From an uncultured Faecalibacterium sp. (GTDB taxonomy: Bacteria > Bacillota > Clostridia > Christensenellales > Aristaeellaceae): a DNA stretch of 64,000 bases. Of this stretch, positions 1 to 8,384 are shown one piece after another. The position numbers and the translations under genes were made by a program. The stretch's first letter is position 1. Each line of letters starts with the position of its first letter. Below the pieces are notes generated by a model. The model was not told the DNA's origin and ran no database searches. It worked only from the letters and a program-made list of their open reading frames with translations. The stretch is taken from assembly GCA_964383815.1 (NCBI GenBank), contig CAYLIC010000003.1:3606-67605 (forward strand). The letters are read 5' to 3'.

Positions 1-712
1 GGTTCTTCAGGGCTTGCGGGCGTTTGCTTTCATCGCCATACATACCTTCAAGAATCATCAGGTCGGCCCCGGTGCCATACTGGACAATCTCCGGCACAGG
101 CCGGGTGTCTGTGGCGTAGAGCAGGGTGATGCCGGGCCTTGCCGGGCCAAGAACCTCCTGGGGAGTTACGCCGTCAACCGTTAGGCCGTGCTGCAAGTCC
201 TTCCAGCGGGATATGGGAATGCCCAGTGCTTGCGCCTTATCCGGCTGAAAAGCACCCTGGCGCGGCAGATGCAGCCGGTAGCCATAGCAGGGAATGCCGT
301 GGTTCAGCGGAAAGGCGGTGATGTCAAGACCAATCAGGCTGAACTGCTCCACCGGGCTGCGAAGCTCGTGGAGCACCAGGGGGAAGGACAGCGCAGGCGC
401 AATGACCCGCAGGCCATCAATCACCCTTTTCAGGCCTGCAGGCCCCCAAATGTGAAAGGGTTCCCTGCGCTCCGCCTTGTCCAGGGACAGGAGAAAACCG
501 GGCACGCCGCCGCAGTGATCCCCATGGAAATGGGTGATGAGCATGCCATCGATGCAGCGGAACCCCCATCCCAGCCGCCGAATGCCCACCTGGGTACCCT
601 CACCGCAGTCAATCAGCAGGCTGCGGCCGTTCACCCGCACATACAGGCTGGACAAGGCTCTGTCCGGCAGCGGCAGCGCGCCGCCCGTCCCCAGGGTGCA
701 GCACTCAAGCAT
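1..712 (-). CDS. rnz: Ribonuclease Z / MBL-fold hydrolase (N-terminal ~237 aa; C-terminus runs off the window edge)
   Basis: Absent from the ORF track because there is no stop in the window. My minus-strand translation from the ATG at 712 gives MLECCTLGTGGALPLPDRALSSLYVRVNGRSLLIDCGEGTQ...MLITHFHGDHCGG (HxHxDH motif). AGGAGG lies 7 nt upstream. Confidence 0.8.
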   Translation of the reverse strand, partial: MLECCTLGTGGALPLPDRALSSLYVRVNGRSLLIDCGEGTQVGIRRLGWGFRCIDGMLITHFHGDHCGGVPGFLLSLDKAERREPFHIWGPAGLKRVIDGLRVIAPALSFPLVLHELRSPVEQFSLIGLDITAFPLNHGIPCYGYRLHLPRQGAFQPDKAQALGIPISRWKDLQHGLTVDGVTPQEVLGPARPGITLLYATDTRPVPEIVQYGTGADLMILEGMYGDESKRPQALKN

Positions 713-823
713 GAAAAAACCTCCTTTGGCAATATTCACTCATTCGCCAAAGGAGGCCAATTATCCTGCATACCGGGCCTTGTTTATGCTGTATGCACAG
801 GTGCACTGTGCACCTGTCCCGCG

Positions 824-1492
824 TTACTTCACCTTCCGCAGCTCCCGCATGAGCCGTGGGCCTGCCAGCGCTGCAAGCACTGCGCAGACCAGGCACTCGG
901 GCACCATGTAGCCTGTGTTATACCCCAGGGAGTACAGCAAGGGGGACATACCCTCCGGTGCATACTCCGCAAAGAAGATGGCGCCGGACAGGGCGGAGGC
1001 CAGCAGGCGACCTGCACAGGAGGCGATGGTGCCCAGGGTCATGCCCAGGTAGACCTTTTTGCTCCGGCTGAAGAGGCCTGCCAGGCCCAGCAGGCCAAAG
1101 GCGATGGGGTAATCCAGCAGCATTTGCGGCAGGGAGTAGAACGTGGGCTTGAGGATGAACTGCAGCAGGCCGTAGATGGCACCCAGGCTCAGGCCCGGGC
1201 CTGCGCCGTACACATACGCAAAGAGGATGATGGGCAGCATGCTGGCAGCAGTGACGGAGCCGCCCTGGGGCAGGGAGAACACCTTGATGAGGCTCAGCAC
1301 GGAGCTGAGCGCCATGCACACGGCGCCCAGCGCCAGTGTCTGCGTTGTCCAGACGGACTTGGCGGCCTTGTGCTTCCGCCTGCGCCAGAGCAGGACGCCG
1401 CCAACCAGCAGCACTGCCAGCAGCAGCCAGCCCCAGAAGGTCAGCTCGGTAAAATCACCAAAGGCGGTCTTAAGCCAGGAAGAAAAATCCAT
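824..1492 (-). CDS. thiT: ECF-type thiamine transporter S component ThiT
   Basis: Multi-pass membrane protein (MDFSSWLKTAFGDFTELTFWGWLLL...). Start chosen at MDFSSW with GGAGG 7 nt upstream. A TPP riboswitch lies directly upstream. Confidence 0.8.
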   Translation of the reverse strand: MDFSSWLKTAFGDFTELTFWGWLLLAVLLVGGVLLWRRRKHKAAKSVWTTQTLALGAVCMALSSVLSLIKVFSLPQGGSVTAASMLPIILFAYVYGAGPGLSLGAIYGLLQFILKPTFYSLPQMLLDYPIAFGLLGLAGLFSRSKKVYLGMTLGTIASCAGRLLASALSGAIFFAEYAPEGMSPLLYSLGYNTGYMVPECLVCAVLAALAGPRLMRELRKVK

Positions 1493-1526
1493 GAGGGTAC
1501 CTCCTTTTTCTTTCGCATCCCCAAAA

Positions 1527-1551
1527 GAAAAACCCGCGAGCGTTCGCGGGG
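1527..1551 (-). terminator. Intrinsic terminator (expression platform of the TPP riboswitch)
   Basis: The minus strand reads CCCCGCGAACGCTCGCGGG followed by TTTTTCTTTT, between the aptamer and the thiT SD. Confidence 0.6.
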
Positions 1552-1597
1552 AAACAGGAGCGGCCTTTCGCAAGGCCCACGCCGTGCACTGCGTGTT

Positions 1598-1680
1598 TCC
1601 GATTCCCTACGGTAGGATTACCTACACAGGTTCCAAGGGTCGAGCCGGAAGGCTCTCTCAGCAGCTTTTGCTGCACCCCC
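1598..1680 (-). promoter_or_regulatory. TPP (THI-box) riboswitch aptamer
   Basis: The minus strand reads GGGGTGC...GCTGAGAGAGCC...GAACCTGTGTAGGTAATCCTACCGTAGGGAA. This matches the conserved CUGAGA and ACCUGAUCUGGAUAAUGCCAGCG-like THI-box cores and sits upstream of thiT. Confidence 0.85.
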
Positions 1681-1703
1681 ATCGGTGGATGCTGTTACGG
1701 TGC

Positions 1704-1732
1704 TATTATAGCACGGAAAAATAGTTTGTCAA
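1704..1732 (-). promoter_or_regulatory. Sigma-70-type promoter of the thiT leader
   Basis: Minus strand TTGACA-16 nt-TATAAT with an extended -10 (TGc). Confidence 0.55.
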
Positions 1733-1737
1733 GGGTA

Positions 1738-1766
1738 TTGACAAGTATATCGGTGGGCGATATAAT
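1738..1766 (+). promoter_or_regulatory. Sigma-70-type promoter of the padR-DUF2812 operon
   Basis: TTGACA (1738-1743), 17 nt, TATAAT (1761-1766). It lies back-to-back with the thiT promoter. Confidence 0.6.
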
Positions 1767-1786
1767 TTATATCGTAAGCCGATATA
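1746..1786. promoter_or_regulatory. Two tandem 19-bp palindromes TATATCG-N5-CGATATA (candidate PadR operators)
   Basis: 1746-1764 is TATATCGGTGGGCGATATA and 1768-1786 is TATATCGTAAGCCGATATA. Centres are 22 bp apart, and the first overlaps the -10 box. Confidence 0.45.
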
Positions 1787-1810
1787 ACGGCGGACGAAAG
1801 GAAGGAACCT

Positions 1811-2128
1811 ATGGGAAACAACGGAGCCTTGACGGAGGCGGTGTATTACATTCTGCTGTCGCTGTTGCAGCCCATGCACGGGTATGGCATCATGCAGAAT
1901 GTGGAAAAGCTGTCCGGCGGGCGGCTGCACCTGGCGGCAGGCACGCTGTATGGGGCCATCAGCACCATGCAGGAGAAGGGATGGATTGCCGCGCTGCCGG
2001 GGGAAAGCGACAGCCGGAAGAAGGCATATTGCATCACAGGCGCAGGCCGGCAGGTGCTGCTCGGGGAGTATGAACGCTTGCAGGAGCTGGTGCGCAACGG
2101 GCGCAGCCTGCTGGAGGAGGAAGCATGA
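1811..2128 (+). CDS. PadR family transcriptional regulator
   Basis: 105 aa; LTEAVYYILLSLLQPMHGYGIMQNVEKLSGGRLHLAAGTLYGAISTMQEKGWI is a typical PadR winged helix. Confidence 0.85.
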   Translation: MGNNGALTEAVYYILLSLLQPMHGYGIMQNVEKLSGGRLHLAAGTLYGAISTMQEKGWIAALPGESDSRKKAYCITGAGRQVLLGEYERLQELVRNGRSLLEEEA

Positions 2129-2667
2129 GGACGAAGGTTCGCAAATGGTTCTGGGTTTGGGAGTTCAAAAAGGAAGAAAAGTGGCTGAACGACATGGCGG
2201 CCCAGGGCAAGGCGCTGGTGCAGGCAAGCCTTGGTTCGTACGAGTTTGAGGACTGCAGGCCGGGAGCGTACATCATCCGCCTGCAAATGCTGGAGCACGC
2301 ACCCGGCGTGGAGGAAGGCCAGGCGTATATCCACTTTGTGGAGGAAACGGGCGCGGAGCATGTGGGCAGCGTGCAGCGGTGGGCATACTTCCGCAGGAAG
2401 GCGGAGCAGGGCAGCTTTGAACTGATGGGGGACAATGCCACACGAATCAAGCATCTCCGCAACATTATGTGGACGGTGATTCCTCTGGCGCTGCTGAACC
2501 TGTTCAATGCCTTTAACAGCATTCGTGTGAGCATTGAGCGTCCCATGCCTGTTATGATGGTGGTCGGTGCTGCATGCGCAGCGGTAACCCTCCTGCTGGC
2601 CTACGCCCTCTATCGCCTGAATGCTGAGAAGAGGCGCCTGGAGAAGGAATCGCAGCTATTTGAGTGA
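2125..2667 (+). CDS. DUF2812-like membrane protein (usual PadR partner)
   Basis: 4-bp overlap with padR. N-terminus KWFWVWEFKKEEKWLNDMAAQGKALV, with C-terminal TM helices. Confidence 0.7.
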   Translation: MRTKVRKWFWVWEFKKEEKWLNDMAAQGKALVQASLGSYEFEDCRPGAYIIRLQMLEHAPGVEEGQAYIHFVEETGAEHVGSVQRWAYFRRKAEQGSFELMGDNATRIKHLRNIMWTVIPLALLNLFNAFNSIRVSIERPMPVMMVVGAACAAVTLLLAYALYRLNAEKRRLEKESQLFE

Positions 2668-2921
2668 CCAGCGTCCCTGCCCTGACAACGCGCTTAAGGG
2701 ATGAAATCCCTCAATCCCGGCTGGACTGCGCTGCTTGTCATCGCTATTGCGGAGGTGCGCGCACACGTTCTCCATCCGCCACCGCGCAAGCGTGACGCCA
2801 CGCCCGATGCGTGGTGTGATCCATGTTGGTACGCCGTACGAAACGCACACCCGAAAGGGATTCTTAAGGGGTGAAATCCCTTAAGCAGGGTGCAGGGACA
2901 GCGTCCCTGCCCTCTGGCGGG
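2668..2921. repeat. Inverted pair of the two-hairpin intergenic repeat (degenerate reverse copy 2668-2719; forward copy 2843-2921)
   Basis: 2668 CCAGCGTCCCTGCCCTG..GCTTAAGGGATGAAATCCCTCAATCCCG, and 2843 ACGCACACCCGAAAGGGATTCTTAAGGGGTGAAATCCCTTAAGCAGGGTGCAGGGACAGCGTCCCTGCCCTCTGG. Confidence 0.75.
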
Positions 2922-2977
2922 AAGAAAAGTGTCGCTTTTTTCGTTGGATTCGTGTAGAATAGGGGGAGGAGGTGCGT

Positions 2978-3568
2978 ATGTTTCACTTTTTTGCGTATTT
3001 GTCAAGGCTGAAGCTGATCCGGCGATGGGGGCTGATGCGCTCCACCCAGCCGGAGAACGATGCGGAACACTCCCTGCAGGTGGGGATGATTGCCCATGGG
3101 CTGGCGGTGCTGGCCCGGGAGCGCTATGGCAGGCCGGTGGAGCCGGAGCATGTGCTGGCCCTGGCGGTATATCACGATGCCACGGAGGTCATTACCGGCG
3201 ACCTGCCCACGCCCGTCAAGTACCACAGCCAAACCCTGCGCACGTCCTACGCCCAGGTGGAGGCGCTGGCGGCACGGCGGCTGGTGGACATGCTGCCCGG
3301 GGACATGCAGGGCGCCTTTGCACCCTATTTGCTGCCCGGGGACGACCCGGCGCGGCTGCTGGTGAAGGCGGCGGACAGAATCAGCGCGTATGTGAAGTGC
3401 GTGGAGGAGCAGCGGGCCGGGAATCACGAGTTTGACGCGGCGGCGGAGAACATTCTGCAGAGCATTCGCGCCTTTGACCTGCCGGAGGTGAGGGACTTTA
3501 TGGCGGAGTTTGTGCCCTCCTTCACCGTTACGCTGGACGAAATGAACAGCCGGGAGGATGAAGGGTGA
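2978..3568 (+). CDS. yfbR: HD-domain 5'-deoxynucleotidase (YfbR-like)
   Basis: FHFFAYLSRLKLIRRWGLMRSTQPENDAEHSLQV...AVYHDATEVITGDLPTPVK (H..HD..D metal ligands). AGGAGG precedes the ATG at 2978. Confidence 0.8.
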   Translation: MFHFFAYLSRLKLIRRWGLMRSTQPENDAEHSLQVGMIAHGLAVLARERYGRPVEPEHVLALAVYHDATEVITGDLPTPVKYHSQTLRTSYAQVEALAARRLVDMLPGDMQGAFAPYLLPGDDPARLLVKAADRISAYVKCVEEQRAGNHEFDAAAENILQSIRAFDLPEVRDFMAEFVPSFTVTLDEMNSREDEG

Positions 3569-4371
3569 ACATTGGGCTGAGCAGCGCCGCCTTCTACGGC
3601 AGGCTGGAAACAGAGGATGCGGCGGCACGCCTGCATGAATTGTCCGTGGGCGTGTGCGAAATTTTTCTGGAAACGCCCAGCGAGTACACCCGCGCCTTTG
3701 GGGAAACGGTGGCGCGGCGTTTGCAGGGCGTGGAGTGCGTGTCCGTCCATGCCAAGGGCACCCAGTTTGAGCCGGATCTGTTCGGGCGCTCCCGCCGCCA
3801 GGTGGAGGATGCCATGGGCATTTTTGCAGGCGTGTGCGATGCGGGCCAGGCCATGGGCGCAAAATACTATGTGTTTCACGGGCCCAATACCGCCCACCAC
3901 GGCATGCAGCCGGGGGACATCAACGCCCTGCAGGAGCGCTTTGGGCGCATGCAGGCCATTGCGGCGGAGCGGGGCATGGAGGTTCTGTGGGAAAATGTTA
4001 GCTGGTGCACCCTTCGCACGCCGGAAAATGTTCGCCAGCTGAAGGCGCTGCTGCCGGGCCTGCACTTTGTGCTGGATGCCAAGCAGGCCTATCGCAGCGG
4101 GGTGGAGCTGGGCAGCATGGTGCAGGCCATGGGGGAGGACATCCGCCATGTGCATGTGCTGGACTGGGATGCCCGGGGCCGGGTGTGCCTGCCGGGGAAC
4201 GGCGTGGTGGACTGGCCGGCCTTTATCCGGGTGCTGAAGCAGGCCGGGTACGATGGCACCATCATCCTGGAGCCATATGAGCACCTGGCCCGGGACAAAA
4301 TTGCCCTGCGACGCTGTTTGGCCTGGCTGCATGGGTTGATTTTGCCGGAAGAAGTGGGTATAATGTCGTAA
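3565..4371 (+). CDS. Sugar phosphate isomerase/epimerase (xylose-isomerase-like TIM barrel)
   Basis: 268 aa. GTGA start/stop overlap with yfbR. Features FHGP...WENV...HVLD...ILEPYE are typical of the AP_endonuc_2 fold. Confidence 0.65.
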   Translation: MNIGLSSAAFYGRLETEDAAARLHELSVGVCEIFLETPSEYTRAFGETVARRLQGVECVSVHAKGTQFEPDLFGRSRRQVEDAMGIFAGVCDAGQAMGAKYYVFHGPNTAHHGMQPGDINALQERFGRMQAIAAERGMEVLWENVSWCTLRTPENVRQLKALLPGLHFVLDAKQAYRSGVELGSMVQAMGEDIRHVHVLDWDARGRVCLPGNGVVDWPAFIRVLKQAGYDGTIILEPYEHLARDKIALRRCLAWLHGLILPEEVGIMS

Positions 4372-4398
4372 GGAAACGAATCGAGGAGGACGCTTTTG

Positions 4399-5517
4399 AT
4401 GATGAAACGCATGCTGTCCCTGCTGATGGCGCTGTGCCTGCTGCTGCCCGGCGCCGCGCTGGCGGAGGATGAGGAATACTCCATGGGCGAAGTGTTCATT
4501 CAGCCGGAGGAGGCGACTGAACAGCCTCAGGAGGCCACGGGTGATTTGCTCTTTGACGAGGACGTGCAGGAGCTGGCGGACGAGCTGCAGCTGGACGTGG
4601 AGCTGGACACCAGCGTTGACCCCGATTCCCTGGACATTAACCCCAGCCTGCCGGACAATGTGGTGAACATCCTGCTCATTGGCATTGATACCCGGGATAC
4701 CGACCTGACCACCGGCCTCCAGCAGGGTGATGTGCAGATCATCCTGTCCATCAACAAGGATACCGGCGATGTGAAGCTGACCTCCATCCTGCGGGATTTG
4801 TATGTGACCATCCCCGGCTATAAGAACAAGAACCGCATCAACGTGGCCTATGCCCGGGGCGGCGGCGCGCTGGCCATGCGCACCGTCAACAAGAACTTTG
4901 ACATGAACATCCAGTATTACGCCACCATCAACTTCTATGGCCTGGCCTCCATCATCGATGCCATTGGCGGCATTGATATTGAGCTGACCCGGCAGGAGGC
5001 CACCGCCATCAACACCTACCTGAAGAAGCACCCGCCCAAGTACGACAATACCGACGGTACCGCCCGGGTTGACCTGAAAAAGGCGGACGGCGTGCAGCAC
5101 CTGGACGGCGTGCAGGCCGTGATGTACGCCCGGGTGCGCTCCATCGATAACGATTTCCAGCGCACGGCCCGCCAGCGCAAGCTGCTGGAGCTGCTGCTGA
5201 ACAAGATTATGCAGGACATGACTGTGGACAAGCTCATGTCCCTGATGGAAACCAGCCTGCCCTATGTGGAAACCAACATGGGCCTGAACACCATGCTGGA
5301 GCTGGCCCTGGGCCTTTTGAACAGCGGCATTGTGCAGAAGGCTCAGAGCGGCGAACCCCTGCTGGAGCAGATGCGCATCCCCATGGACGAAACCTGGAAG
5401 TACGACACCACCTCCGGCGGCTCCAGCGTGGTGGTGTTCCGCAATACCAAACGCAAGACCGAGAACATCCAGGCCCTGCAGGCGTTTATCTACGGCGCGG
5501 AGCAGACGGGGGAATAA
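4399..5517 (+). CDS. LCP (LytR-CpsA-Psr) family cell-envelope phosphotransferase
   Basis: Signal/anchor MKRMLSLLMALCLLLPGAALA. Core NILLIGIDTRD...ILSINKDTGDVKLTSILRDLYV...NVAYARGG...INFYGLASIIDAIGGIDIEL. Confidence 0.85.
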   Translation: MMKRMLSLLMALCLLLPGAALAEDEEYSMGEVFIQPEEATEQPQEATGDLLFDEDVQELADELQLDVELDTSVDPDSLDINPSLPDNVVNILLIGIDTRDTDLTTGLQQGDVQIILSINKDTGDVKLTSILRDLYVTIPGYKNKNRINVAYARGGGALAMRTVNKNFDMNIQYYATINFYGLASIIDAIGGIDIELTRQEATAINTYLKKHPPKYDNTDGTARVDLKKADGVQHLDGVQAVMYARVRSIDNDFQRTARQRKLLELLLNKIMQDMTVDKLMSLMETSLPYVETNMGLNTMLELALGLLNSGIVQKAQSGEPLLEQMRIPMDETWKYDTTSGGSSVVVFRNTKRKTENIQALQAFIYGAEQTGE

Positions 5518-5537
5518 CTGAAAAACCACGACAAAAG

Positions 5538-5568
5538 AAAAAGCGCTGCTTGCATGGCAGCGCTTTTC
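5538..5568. terminator. Bidirectional intrinsic terminator
   Basis: AAAA-AGCGCTGC-TTGCATG-GCAGCGCT-TTT between convergent genes. Confidence 0.6.
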
Positions 5569-5575
5569 ATTTGCG

Positions 5576-6247
5576 TTATTCGGGGGTGTTGCCGCGCAGG
5601 CCAATGGCGAGCTGGGCGATGATTTCCTCCGTTTGCTCCTCCAGGGTGCGGGATGGGTCGTACTGGACAGGCCTGGCAATGGTGAAGGTGTGGTGGCGGT
5701 GGTCGATGTGCACGGGGTAGAAGCGCAGCGCCTTGCCGGTGGCCTTGTGGTACAGGGGCGCCACGTGGAGAAAGCCGCTGTTGATCCAGGTATGGTGGCT
5801 CTTGTAGCCGCTGGGCTGCTCCGGGAAGATGATCAGGTGGTGCCCGTCCTTCAGGCGGCGGATGCTCTGGCGCATGGTCAGCATGACCCGCTGGTCGTGG
5901 TAAACAGGGATGCCTGGGGCGCTGCGAAGAATCGGCGGCAGCACGGCGGCAGCCAGGTATGGCAGGGTGACATTCAGAATGGGTTCGGCCCAGCAGCCGG
6001 GCCGCCACCAGTAGTCCTGCCGGACGTAGGCGGGCACCAGCTTGGCATCCATCACGTCGTGATTCAGCCAGGAGTAGCAGCTCTCCGTCAGGGGGAAGCG
6101 GGCGCACATGTCCATGGGGCCGAAGGCGCCTGCGTGGTTGCCGATGAACACGCATGGCTCGTCGATGAACGGCTCGGCCCAGGTGGTTTGGAACTTGGGG
6201 GTGAGAAGGCGGTAGACGCCTCTCAGCGCGGTGTAGAGTTTGCCCAT
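5576..6247 (-). CDS. Putative acyltransferase (PlsC/LPLAT-like)
   Basis: 223 aa. FIGNHAGAFGPMD and IIFPEQPSG resemble acyltransferase blocks I and III, but the HX4D motif is not canonical. Confidence 0.5.
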   Translation of the reverse strand: MGKLYTALRGVYRLLTPKFQTTWAEPFIDEPCVFIGNHAGAFGPMDMCARFPLTESCYSWLNHDVMDAKLVPAYVRQDYWWRPGCWAEPILNVTLPYLAAAVLPPILRSAPGIPVYHDQRVMLTMRQSIRRLKDGHHLIIFPEQPSGYKSHHTWINSGFLHVAPLYHKATGKALRFYPVHIDHRHHTFTIARPVQYDPSRTLEEQTEEIIAQLAIGLRGNTPE

Positions 6248-6356
6248 GGGATGACTCCTTTATGAAAAGAATAACAAAACATTCTACCACACGGAAGGCC
6301 ATTCGTCAAATGCGGACGAAAAAACAGGAAAAGTACGAAAAGGCAGCTTCCTATGC

Positions 6357-6385
6357 TTGACATTCAAGGCTGAATTTGTTATAAA
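6357..6385 (+). promoter_or_regulatory. Sigma-70-type promoter of marR
   Basis: TTGACA-17 nt-TATAAA. Confidence 0.45.
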
Positions 6386-6417
6386 AATGTATAGAAATTG
6401 GAAAAGATGGTGATGGT

Positions 6418-6879
6418 ATGCCAAAGCGTTGGCAAGAGGATGCAGCCCTGGTGGATGGCCTGGCGGATAACCTGCTGGGCCTGCTGCCTGTGTTCCCCAA
6501 ACAGCTTTTGCGGGTGGAGGAGCTGGTGCGCAGCTACGGCATGCCCCTTTCCCATATGCAGATATTGATTCTGCTGATGGACGGCGAGCTTTCCGTGGGG
6601 CAGCTGTCCCAGAAGCTGGGTATTGCCAAGCCGAATATCACCCCGCTGGTGGATGCCCTGCAGGGTGCAGGCCTGGTGGAACGCGCCCGGAGCCAGGCAG
6701 ACAGGCGGGTGGTCAGCGTGCGGCTGCTGCCTGCAGGTGAGGAGCTGCTGGCCCGCCTGCGGCAGGACATTGCCCGGCAGGTCGCAGCCTGGCGCGGCAG
6801 CCTGAGCCGCAGCGAGGCCAAAAGCCTGAGCGCCGCCCTGGGGAGCATTATCCGCCTGGCTGGGAACCTGGAGACATGA
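6418..6879 (+). CDS. MarR family transcriptional regulator
   Basis: 153 aa; HMQILILLMDGELSVGQLSQKLGIAKPNITPLVDALQGAGLVERARSQADRRVVSVRLLPAGEELL. Confidence 0.85.
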   Translation: MPKRWQEDAALVDGLADNLLGLLPVFPKQLLRVEELVRSYGMPLSHMQILILLMDGELSVGQLSQKLGIAKPNITPLVDALQGAGLVERARSQADRRVVSVRLLPAGEELLARLRQDIARQVAAWRGSLSRSEAKSLSAALGSIIRLAGNLET

Positions 6880-6884
6880 GAAAG

Positions 6885-6924
6885 GCCGACCTGTGCAGGG
6901 ATGCATGGGTCGGCGTTGTTTTTT
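6885..6924 (+). terminator. Intrinsic terminator after marR
   Basis: GCCGACC...GGTCGGC stem followed by GTTGTTTTTT. Confidence 0.55.
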
Positions 6925-6976
6925 GGGTGGTTTTGGCGTGGGCCTGTCATGCCATGGACCGGGTGGGAGGCGCCGC

Positions 6977-7009
6977 CAAAACACAAAACTCCCGCAGGGA
7001 TGCGGGAGT
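6977..7009 (-). terminator. Intrinsic terminator after rpmE
   Basis: ACTCCCGCA-GGGA-TGCGGGAGT hairpin; the minus strand has TTTTGTGTTTT downstream. Confidence 0.6.
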
Positions 7010-7053
7010 TTGTTTCATGCCGGTGTGCACCGGTGTGCACGGCATGGCTTTCA

Positions 7054-7254
7054 TTACTCCAGGCCGAAGCGCTTCTTGAAGCGATCAACACGGCCGCCGG
7101 TATCAACCAGCTTCTGCTTGCCGGTGTAGAAGGGATGGCACTTGGAGCAGATGTCCACCTTCATTTCCTTCTTGGTAGAACCGGTTTCAAACGTCTCACC
7201 GCATACGCAGCGAACGATGCACTTGCCGTACTGGGGATGAATCTTTTCCTTCAT
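7054..7254 (-). CDS. rpmE: 50S ribosomal protein L31
   Basis: [64 protein letters not shown]. The longer track ORF (to 7335) overextends upstream. Confidence 0.95.
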   Translation of the reverse strand: MKEKIHPQYGKCIVRCVCGETFETGSTKKEMKVDICSKCHPFYTGKQKLVDTGGRVDRFKKRFGLE

Positions 7255-7306
7255 TGCTGTTTCACCTCTTTCGCGTATGCAATGATCGGCATTTACCGCA
7301 TGGACT

Positions 7307-7335
7307 ATTGTAGCATAGTTGGCGGCTGAATGCAA
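7307..7335 (-). promoter_or_regulatory. Sigma-70-type promoter of rpmE
   Basis: Minus strand TTGCAT-17 nt-TACAAT. Confidence 0.5.
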
Positions 7336-7386
7336 GAGGCATTTTGAGAGAATTTTCTCAAAAGGCAGAAAACTTTCGCCGGGTGC

Positions 7387-8367
7387 TTACCAGCTGAGGG
7401 GATAGGCCTCCACCACAAAGGGCAGCGCCTTGCCGTTTTCCTGCAGGGTGGTCAGGATGCTGTCCACCGCGGCGGCCTTGTCCAGGAGGGTGGGCGACAG
7501 GTCGTTACGGTCGGTGCGGCTGGAAATGCGGATGGGAAGAATGCGGAAGCCTTCCTGGGTCAGCTCCCCGTCCTGAATGCGAAGGTGAAGCTGAAACAGG
7601 AAGCTGCTCATATCATCGGGCTTTTCGCTGGCGGAGCAGGTGAAGGAGCCCAGGGAATAGCAGATGTACGCGCCGCTGTAATGCTCAATGGGCTGGATGT
7701 GCCTGCTGCCGTGGCCCAGCACCAGGCCTGCACCGGCCTCTGCGGCGGTGCGGCCCAGAAGGGTCTGGGTATCATCGGGGGTATAGCTGCCTTCGCTGCC
7801 CCAGGTGAAGGAAACAATCACAAAGGGATACTGGGCCTTGGCGGCGGCAATGTCCTGGGCCAGGCGGGCCTGCACGGCCTCCGGGTTTTCCAGGCAGGTG
7901 TAGTTCAGCACGGCAATCTTCAGGCCCTTGACCTCCGTGGCCTGAAGGCCGGCCTGCGGCGCCGAAAGCAGCTCGGCACCGGCGCCGTTCAGGGTGCCTG
8001 CGCACAGGGCGGGCGCCTCCACCAGGTTCAGGATGGTCAGGTCATCGGCCTGGAGGGTTTCCTGTATGTTCCGGGTGAGGAAGGCGGCATCGCCTGCATG
8101 GCGTGCCAGCTCATCCTCAAACACGGCGCCGCCCAGCTGCACATCGCCACCGGCCGTCAGGGTGATGAGCACGGAGCCATCGTTTTCGTAGATGGAGGCG
8201 GCTTCCTCGGCCCTGGTTTCCTCCGGTGTGGGCGTTTGCTGAATGGTGTTTGCCACGTCCGGGTGTGCCTGGGTCAGCACATCGGCGATGGAAAGCTCCT
8301 CGTCCTCTGCGGCGGCGCAGGTGCAGGCAAGCAAAAGCGCCAGCAGGAGAAGCAAGCATTTGCGCAT
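7387..8367 (-). CDS. CapA-family (PGA_cap metallophosphatase-like) secreted/lipoprotein
   Basis: Signal MRKCLLLLLALLLACTCAA; ITLTAGGDVQLGG...VSFTWGSEGSY...GHGSRHIQPIEHYSGAYICYSLGSF. GGGGAGG precedes the ATG at 8367. Confidence 0.7.
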   Translation of the reverse strand: MRKCLLLLLALLLACTCAAAEDEELSIADVLTQAHPDVANTIQQTPTPEETRAEEAASIYENDGSVLITLTAGGDVQLGGAVFEDELARHAGDAAFLTRNIQETLQADDLTILNLVEAPALCAGTLNGAGAELLSAPQAGLQATEVKGLKIAVLNYTCLENPEAVQARLAQDIAAAKAQYPFVIVSFTWGSEGSYTPDDTQTLLGRTAAEAGAGLVLGHGSRHIQPIEHYSGAYICYSLGSFTCSASEKPDDMSSFLFQLHLRIQDGELTQEGFRILPIRISSRTDRNDLSPTLLDKAAAVDSILTTLQENGKALPFVVEAYPLSW

Positions 8368-8384
8368 GAAATTCCTCCCCATGG

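Noticed and set aside
188-1615. 475-aa plus-strand ORF spanning the rnz/thiT region
   Set aside because: It runs antisense to two well-supported minus-strand genes (MBL motif HFHGDHCGG; ThiT with a TPP riboswitch). Its translation is low-complexity and rich in G/A/Q/R/H, it has no SD and no motif. This is the typical high-GC shadow ORF.
2694-3005. Small ORFs translating through the repeats with the recurrent peptide LKGFHPLRIPF (also 48208-48438 and 60713-60931)
   Set aside because: The shared peptide is just the translation of the TTAAGGGATGAAATCCCTTAAG hairpin. Its flanks are unrelated, there are no SDs, and the frames and lengths differ between copies. These are repeat-derived pseudo-ORFs.
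3424-5679. 751-aa minus-strand ORF
   Set aside because: It is antisense to the sugar-phosphate isomerase and LCP genes, both of which have family motifs. Its translation is H/G/Q/L/V-rich with no domain signature, so it is a GC-driven artefact.
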